Positions 58,837-64,000 of a stretch of DNA of 64,000 nt are shown piece after piece. Position numbers and translations under genes: made by a program. Each line of letters begins with the position of its first letter. Position 1 is the stretch's first letter. The DNA comes from a virus (lineage: Duplodnaviria; Caudoviricetes). The notes beneath the pieces were generated by a model that ran no database searches, had not been told where the DNA came from, and saw only the letters and a program-made list of their open reading frames with translations. The DNA lies in the IMG/VR virus record IMGVR_UViG_3300043447_000395, positions 32,001 to 96,000 of that record; one strand, given 5' to 3'.

Positions 58837-59431
58837 TGTTAAAGAAAACCCTAAAATTAAAAGAAGGGTTTATATCTGTATAAATATTTGAAAAGTTGGA
58901 TTTACATACAATTCCCTTGAAATTAGTTATATTTTCCATATAACCTTGTGACGGGACTGTCTGTTTGTATATATCATGGGTTGAACATATGTGTGAACAT
59001 AGTTCAGATAATGAATTTAATTGAGTTTCATTGTACTTGTCCCAAAAATGATAGTTTCTCCAAGTTCTGATATAAGGTTCAGCACGATATGGGTCTCCAA
59101 TCCAATTATTAAGGACACCAGTGATGGTATTCTTGTTTAACCAACCCAAGTTCTCAATTGCAACTTTAACCATTTTACGGTCAAGTTTGGGGTTATAAAA
59201 CGTATCGGAACTATAGTTCGAATCAAACAATTGGTAAACCATACCAAGTTTGGATACCACGAAATGTGGGATATCAGAATAAGTACCATTTTTACGATAT
59301 TTGATTTTGTTGACAAAATCATCAACTCTTCTTTGAGTATCGTATAATAGTATTTGTGTTTTTTTGGTTTTTCTCTTGTGGATGTTTAATGTACCCTTAT
59401 CGATTGTTTCTATATCGTGTATTACCAACAT
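58808..59431 (-). CDS. N-acetylmuramoyl-L-alanine amidase (Amidase_2)-like protein, Zn ligands degenerate
   Basis: PHFVVSKLGMVYQLF, AIEN.G, YNETQLNSL..LC, TDINP. Confidence 0.65.
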   Translation of the reverse strand: MLVIHDIETIDKGTLNIHKRKTKKTQILLYDTQRRVDDFVNKIKYRKNGTYSDIPHFVVSKLGMVYQLFDSNYSSDTFYNPKLDRKMVKVAIENLGWLNKNTITGVLNNWIGDPYRAEPYIRTWRNYHFWDKYNETQLNSLSELCSHICSTHDIYKQTVPSQGYMENITNFKGIVCKSNFSNIYTDINPSFNFRVFFNNANENEKSI

Positions 59432-59669
59432 TTTTAACTAAAAATTTAGGTGCGATAGGTTCGGGTAGTGTTGGTATTATTTCCTCTTCTGAGGTCGGTA
59501 TTATTATTTTATCGTTCTCTAAATCATAAATCACTTGGTTTGGATTTACATCATCTTTTTCCCAATATAAATCTTCTTCTTTAGATTCTACTGATTTTGA
59601 CGTTAGATCCTCCGTAGGGTTTGTTATTGACAAATTGGAGTCCTCCTCTGACTCTGTTGTTATTGTCAA
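59397..59669 (-). CDS. Acidic ORF, probably the -1 frameshift extension of 59666..61198
   Basis: Only a TTG start; in the -1 frame directly after an A10 run. Confidence 0.5.
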   Translation of the reverse strand: MTITTESEEDSNLSITNPTEDLTSKSVESKEEDLYWEKDDVNPNQVIYDLENDKIIIPTSEEEIIPTLPEPIAPKFLVKNVGNTRYRNNR

Positions 59670-61198
59670 GAATTTTTTTTTTCATCTTCATTTTCTGAAG
59701 ATGTATCCTCTACGTTTGGTTGTTCGTTCAAAAATTCATCAGGAAGTTGTCCTTCTTCAAAAGTTAATACTGGTTCGTTGTCGATTGCTTCATCAACCGG
59801 TATATTGAATTGTTCGTCTTCTTGAAAAAGGTCTGAGGGAATTGGTTCTATAGTGGAAAAATTTTGTTCTATTTCCTCTTCAGTCGGTTCTTCTTGAAAA
59901 ACATCAATTAACTCCTCTTCAGTGAAGAAAGGTTCTTCATCTTCTAAACCATCCATTAATGTTACATCCCAATCACTAAAATCTTCATCAACATATTCCG
60001 CCTCGTAAACTTTTAACTTTTCGTCCATGTCTTTAAGTCTTTGTGACATGTCGTCGTCATTTTCTTTCTCACCAACTACCAATGGTTTAAAATTTCTTTC
60101 TTTAAAAACGATTTGAGTTTCTTCTCTTGTTACTGGTGTTTCGTTAACTATTTCTTCTTTTACAAGTGGATTATCGAACGGTTCTTCATATAGACCTAAC
60201 TCTTGGTCTAGTTGCATCATTTCAGATAATAATTCTCCTCGTCTTTTATATTCATCGGAAAAATCGACATTAACATCTTTATATCTCTCTTTTACCTCTT
60301 CACTATATCTTTCAGCTGCTTCTTTTAATTTTTCATTAGGAAAAGGTGGATTTAATAATACTTCTTCAAGTTTCTTTAAATCATCTTCACTTAAATGTAA
60401 TCTTGATGACTCATCGACAAAATCTTTTAAGTCTTCAGGTTTTGATTCTTCCTCTTCTTTCTTCCGACCATTCATAGTAAGTTGATTGAAGGATATAATC
60501 AAAGCAACTGCTAATGGGTCAAATACTATAACAATTAATATGATAAAAAATTTAACAACCGAATTCAATTCAACACCAAACGCTTCGGCAACAAATCTAA
60601 AACCACCAACTTCTTTTTCTATTGAGATGTTATCGGTTTTAATTTTATTTATTGAGTCATTCTCGGAGGCATTTTCTTTTTGGAGTATTGCAATTCTATC
60701 GTTTAACTTAGATATTTGTTTATCTCTGTTATCTACGGAACGTAGTAAACGTGAATTGACTTTACCGTTGTCTAATATCTTACCTTGGTTAGTATTTGAT
60801 TCGGTAATTTGAGTTGATAGTTGTTTGATTTGATCTTCATTCTGTTTAATTTTAGTAGAGTGTACCAAAATTTCTCTATCAACTTGTTGTAATTGTAAGT
60901 TCTGTTGTTGGAAGGCGTTTGATAAATAACCAAAAATACCTGCTGATGTGATTAACATTAAAATGGCAACCGCAGATGTTAAATACCATTTGTTAAGTCC
61001 ACCAATTTCAGACCATTTTTGTTTTAAATAAGTTGCAGTTACAAGTTTAGCAAATTCCAATGAAGCTGCCATTACCATTACAGCAATCGCAGCACCACTA
61101 AATAAAACACCTAAACCTGTTACTGAAAAATAAGCAGCACTACCTGCAATTAATATTGCGGATATGGCCACAAGATATTTTAACCAATTATCATTCAT
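59666..61198 (-). CDS. Membrane protein with coiled coil and long acidic tail
   Basis: Three N-terminal TM segments, coiled coil, TM segment IVFDPLAV, acidic C-terminus. Confidence 0.75.
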   Translation of the reverse strand: MNDNWLKYLVAISAILIAGSAAYFSVTGLGVLFSGAAIAVMVMAASLEFAKLVTATYLKQKWSEIGGLNKWYLTSAVAILMLITSAGIFGYLSNAFQQQNLQLQQVDREILVHSTKIKQNEDQIKQLSTQITESNTNQGKILDNGKVNSRLLRSVDNRDKQISKLNDRIAILQKENASENDSINKIKTDNISIEKEVGGFRFVAEAFGVELNSVVKFFIILIVIVFDPLAVALIISFNQLTMNGRKKEEEESKPEDLKDFVDESSRLHLSEDDLKKLEEVLLNPPFPNEKLKEAAERYSEEVKERYKDVNVDFSDEYKRRGELLSEMMQLDQELGLYEEPFDNPLVKEEIVNETPVTREETQIVFKERNFKPLVVGEKENDDDMSQRLKDMDEKLKVYEAEYVDEDFSDWDVTLMDGLEDEEPFFTEEELIDVFQEEPTEEEIEQNFSTIEPIPSDLFQEDEQFNIPVDEAIDNEPVLTFEEGQLPDEFLNEQPNVEDTSSENEDEKKNS

Positions 61199-61204
61199 AA
61201 GTTA

Positions 61205-62020
61205 TTATAAATAGTTTAATAGGTCAAAACTCTCGTTTCTGAGTTTTTTTATTGCCTTATCACGTAGTTGTCTGATACGTTCTTTTGTACATCCGAATTC
61301 TTCTCCAAGGTCTTCTAAGTTAGATTCTGTACCGGTTAAACCAAAATATCTTTCGATAATTGTTTTTTCTCTATCGTCTAAAACACCTAACATCATGTTC
61401 ACCTTTTTCTTAATTTCTTCAGGTGAATTTAAAATTGCGTCAGGTCTTTCTGCGTCTTTATTTGGAATCACATCAATCAATTGGTCTCCCTCTTCATTAA
61501 TCTCACGGTATAAACCAATACAATATGGTAATGTGGTTCCTATTGGTGTGCTACTATTCTCATCTTCGATGTAGAATTTATCTTCAACACTAACTTCTTG
61601 CTTTTTTTGTTTTTGTGCATCTTGAACAAGATTAGATGGAATTCTAATTGTTCTTGCGTTTTCATTTAAAGATGCTATGATTGATTGTCTAACCCACCAC
61701 ACAGCGTATGAAATAAATTTCAATCCACTTGTTGGGTCAAATCTTTCTGATGCTTTTATTAAACCTAAATTTCCTTCAGAAATTAAATCTAATAAATCTA
61801 ATCCTTGATTTTGATATGATTTGGCAACTGATATAACGAATCTTAAATTACCGACAACTAACTCATTGAAGAGTTCGTGTTTTTCAGATTTTGTGATATC
61901 TTTTTTTTGTAATTGAAGAAAAATTTCTTCTTGTCTTTCGTGAGAGATTACTGGTATTTTACGAAGATCCTTGATGTAGTGTTGGATTTCGTCACCATTA
62001 ATTAGAATAGATTTTTTCAT
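61205..62020 (-). CDS. RNA polymerase sigma-70 factor (RpoD/SigA-like)
   Basis: NLRFVISVAK.YQNQGL..DLISEGNLGLIKA..RFD..G.KFISYAVWW.RQ; region 4 ERIRQL..KA..KLR. Confidence 0.93.
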   Translation of the reverse strand: MKKSILINGDEIQHYIKDLRKIPVISHERQEEIFLQLQKKDITKSEKHELFNELVVGNLRFVISVAKSYQNQGLDLLDLISEGNLGLIKASERFDPTSGLKFISYAVWWVRQSIIASLNENARTIRIPSNLVQDAQKQKKQEVSVEDKFYIEDENSSTPIGTTLPYCIGLYREINEEGDQLIDVIPNKDAERPDAILNSPEEIKKKVNMMLGVLDDREKTIIERYFGLTGTESNLEDLGEEFGCTKERIRQLRDKAIKKLRNESFDLLNYL

Positions 62021-62068
62021 CTTAGTAAGTTTAACTAGTTTAGGTAGTACTAAAATAGATAAAAAATC

Positions 62069-62527
62069 TCAATTTTCAAAATTGTCGAGGAAGTTTTTTT
62101 CTTCTGACGTTAAACTCTCCACACCCATCTGTTTAATTTTATCTAACAGTTGGTCCAAATCCATTATTTCATTTGATTTAGATGGTTTATCGTACTCAAC
62201 CTTTACTATTTGATTTTCAGTTGAAGGTTTAAAAATGAAGTTTTTCACTTCCATAGGAAGGTGTGCAGTAACTAAACTGTGTCTATCAAACATAAAATAA
62301 AATTTAATATTATCATCTATCAAGACTGTAAACATTTCCTTTGAAAGTGTTGTATAATCTAAGTCAGATTCAAATATTACTATTATGTTTTGAGTGTTTT
62401 CAATTACGTAACGAACGGTAGTTATAAATGGTAGGTCTCCAATAACATCGGTGCAGAAATATTCTACATCTTCATGGTCCTCAAACATACCAAAAATAAA
62501 TAATATGAATGTTTTTGATTTATCCAT
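62069..62527 (-). CDS. Hypothetical protein
   Basis: C-terminal LDQLLDKI...G..SLT.EEK.FL motif. Confidence 0.65.
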   Translation of the reverse strand: MDKSKTFILFIFGMFEDHEDVEYFCTDVIGDLPFITTVRYVIENTQNIIVIFESDLDYTTLSKEMFTVLIDDNIKFYFMFDRHSLVTAHLPMEVKNFIFKPSTENQIVKVEYDKPSKSNEIMDLDQLLDKIKQMGVESLTSEEKNFLDNFEN

Positions 62528-62537
62528 TATGATAAAT

Positions 62538-63182
62538 TTATCTAAATTTAAGTTTCCAATATACTCCTCCTGCTAAAAACGGTTGTAATGAACCGTTAGT
62601 TCCTTGGTCGTCAACTCTATTTGTGACACCAACACCTATTTTATATAAATGTCTATCATCTTTATTTTTAAATAACATACTCAATCCCATGATATTCACA
62701 ACGTTAGGTTTATCAAATTTCGCATCGACACCAAAATATATCTCGGTTTTTCTAGGTATTTGTGTATAAACAGTGTCTTTAACTATCATTCGTTTTACGT
62801 CTGCAATAAATTTACGATTAACTATTGTATTATTCGCAATAGTATCAGTAATTGTCACAGTTCCTTGATTATTTGGTAACTTTAATACGTCCTTATATTG
62901 TACTTTGGTGAAATGTGTTTTAATGATTTCAGCAGTATCAACGGGTTGTACAACTGGTACTTCTATTCTTTTTTCTACGGGTACTTCGACAGGAACCTCA
63001 ACTTCTACTTCTACCTCGACTAAACTATCCACAGGGATAGTATCATGTACCGCATATGGGATTGAATCTACTTTTAAAAGGGTTCTATGTGGCATAAATC
63101 CTTTTGGGTTCACAAATTCAATAATTGCAATTCCAAGTAATAATAAAATTATAATGTGTCTAACATCTAAAATTTTCTTCAT
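62538..63182 (-). CDS. Envelope protein with N-terminal TM, VEV repeat and beta-rich C-terminus
   Basis: IIILLLLGIAII; EVEVEVEVPVEVP; GGVYWKLKFR end. Confidence 0.65.
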   Translation of the reverse strand: MKKILDVRHIIILLLLGIAIIEFVNPKGFMPHRTLLKVDSIPYAVHDTIPVDSLVEVEVEVEVPVEVPVEKRIEVPVVQPVDTAEIIKTHFTKVQYKDVLKLPNNQGTVTITDTIANNTIVNRKFIADVKRMIVKDTVYTQIPRKTEIYFGVDAKFDKPNVVNIMGLSMLFKNKDDRHLYKIGVGVTNRVDDQGTNGSLQPFLAGGVYWKLKFR

Positions 63183-63604
63183 TATTTAAGAATGTATAAT
63201 GTCGATGTTATTACTGCAACTCCAATTCCAAGAATTGAACCTGCTTTATAAAACTTAGTCTTAAATTGTTGTACTTTAAGTTCTCTTTGTAAGTCCTTAG
63301 CCATATTATCGTAAAGACTGATTTGTTCATCTTTCTTTACGATAATCGTATTAAGATTTACTATCTTTTGTTCTTTAAGTGAATCCTTTTGAATATACAT
63401 ACCAATTTGACCTTTCTGTAAGTCAATTACTTTATTGGCTTCAACCAATTCGGCTTTAGCTCCGTCTCCTTGAAGTAAGTCCTTAATGACTAACTTTGCT
63501 GTCGGTACTTTTAAGGGTACTATCGAGTCCGTTTTCGTAACGGTCTGAGAAAAACTTGATAAGGTCGTGAATAGTATAATCGTTAACAGCAGTAACTTTT
63601 TCAT
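63182..63604 (-). CDS. Exported coiled-coil protein with C-terminal TM (spanin-like?)
   Basis: Signal peptide MKKLLLLTIILF..SFSQ, coiled coil, C-terminal hydrophobic helix. Confidence 0.55.
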   Translation of the reverse strand: MKKLLLLTIILFTTLSSFSQTVTKTDSIVPLKVPTAKLVIKDLLQGDGAKAELVEANKVIDLQKGQIGMYIQKDSLKEQKIVNLNTIIVKKDEQISLYDNMAKDLQRELKVQQFKTKFYKAGSILGIGVAVITSTLYILK

Positions 63605-63866
63605 GTGTTTGATTTTTAATGATAGTTATGTTTTTATTTACGTTGGTGATATCTCCCTCAACTTTGTTGATTTCGTTATCTACGTTTGCAATATGGTCAT
63701 CTAAAATTTTGTTCTCGTTTTGGACAGAATCTATTTCATTCTGTAATGAGTCAATCTTACGATAGTAACCTGCAACGTCTGTTTTAATTGAATTAGCTTG
63801 GAATAAGCTGTAAAGAGCAATTGCACCAACAATCAAAACAAGAATTAAGGTTTTATTTATCTTCAT
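63483..63866 (-). CDS. N-terminally anchored coiled-coil protein (i-spanin-like?)
   Basis: TM segment followed by heptad repeats; overlaps the next gene by 122 nt. Confidence 0.55.
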   Translation of the reverse strand: MKINKTLILVLIVGAIALYSLFQANSIKTDVAGYYRKIDSLQNEIDSVQNENKILDDHIANVDNEINKVEGDITNVNKNITIIKNQTHEKVTAVNDYTIHDLIKFFSDRYENGLDSTLKSTDSKVSH

Positions 63867-63879
63867 ATCTACTTTTTAT

Positions 63880-63887
63880 TATAAATA
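63880..63887 (-). promoter_or_regulatory. TATTTATA putative late-promoter motif
   Basis: Between the terminator and the start at 63866. Confidence 0.55.
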
Positions 63888-63892
63888 TAAAG

Positions 63893-63915
63893 AAGGGGAC
63901 TTTTAGTCCCCTTTT
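63893..63915 (-). terminator. Intrinsic terminator
   Basis: AAGGGGAC-tttta-GTCCCCTT hairpin after the ClpP stop. Confidence 0.8.
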
Positions 63916-63919
63916 ACCT

Positions 63920-64000
63920 TTATTTCTTCTTTTTAACTATCTCATCAATAATTCCGTAGGATAGAGCCTCTTCAGCCCCTAACCATAAATCTCGGGATGC
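63920..64000 (-). CDS. clpP: ATP-dependent Clp protease proteolytic subunit, C-terminal end (partial)
   Basis: Manual translation ASRDLWLGAEEALSYGIIDEIVKKKK* matches the ClpP pattern RD.W..A.EA..YG.ID. Confidence 0.8.
   Translation of the reverse strand, partial: ASRDLWLGAEEALSYGIIDEIVKKKK

Noticed and set aside
1-64000. Stop-codon reassignment (alternative genetic code), as in some large phages
   Set aside because: Genes are full length and tightly packed under the standard bacterial code, and TAA, TGA and TAG all end complete genes (TAG ends nusG and the 23187 radical SAM)
1-64000. tRNA, rRNA, introns, inteins or IS elements
   Set aside because: Intergenic gaps are short and AT-rich, and I recognised no cloverleaf, splicing, homing-endonuclease or transposase motifs by eye; a tRNAscan/Infernal run would be needed to exclude them fully

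Overview
An AT-rich, gene-dense segment that is most likely from a large (jumbo/huge) tailed phage of a Bacteroidota-like host. That assignment is inference, based on a Bacteroidota-type RpoD, an Hc1-like protein, absent Shine-Dalgarno sites, tail-fibre-type N-termini and no contiguous bacterial housekeeping operons. No capsid, terminase or portal gene lies in the window. There are three blocks. (1) 1-30 kb is a glycan synthesis and decoration island: carbamoyltransferase, 8 SGNH-like proteins, 3 2OG-Fe(II) oxygenases, 3 NDP-sugar epimerase/reductases, RmlC, a split TPP-dependent E1alpha/E1beta pair, a tandem GT10-like protein, 4 radical SAM enzymes, stand-alone LamG proteins, two GT7 enzymes with LamG insertions, a GT2-like protein and a methyltransferase. 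(2) 30-49 kb holds modular fibre-like proteins with very long (Gly-Thr/Ser-Ser)n and Pro-Thr tracts. (3) 49-64 kb holds Grx, Trx, an AAA ATPase, NusG, Dam, Hc1, putative head-internal proteins, a degenerate amidase, a sigma-70 factor, envelope proteins and the end of ClpP. The best candidate for a new system is a phage-encoded, proteoglycan/mucin-like virion glycosylation apparatus, with the enzyme island next to Ser/Thr-rich acceptor fibres. Other notable signals are a probable -1 programmed frameshift with a 3' stem-loop (about 59.6 kb), a recurring TATTTAT late-promoter-like motif, a start-codon-occluding hairpin, and a shared C-terminal [K/N]-[L/I/M]-I tail on unrelated enzymes. All product calls come from motif recognition by eye, not from database searches.
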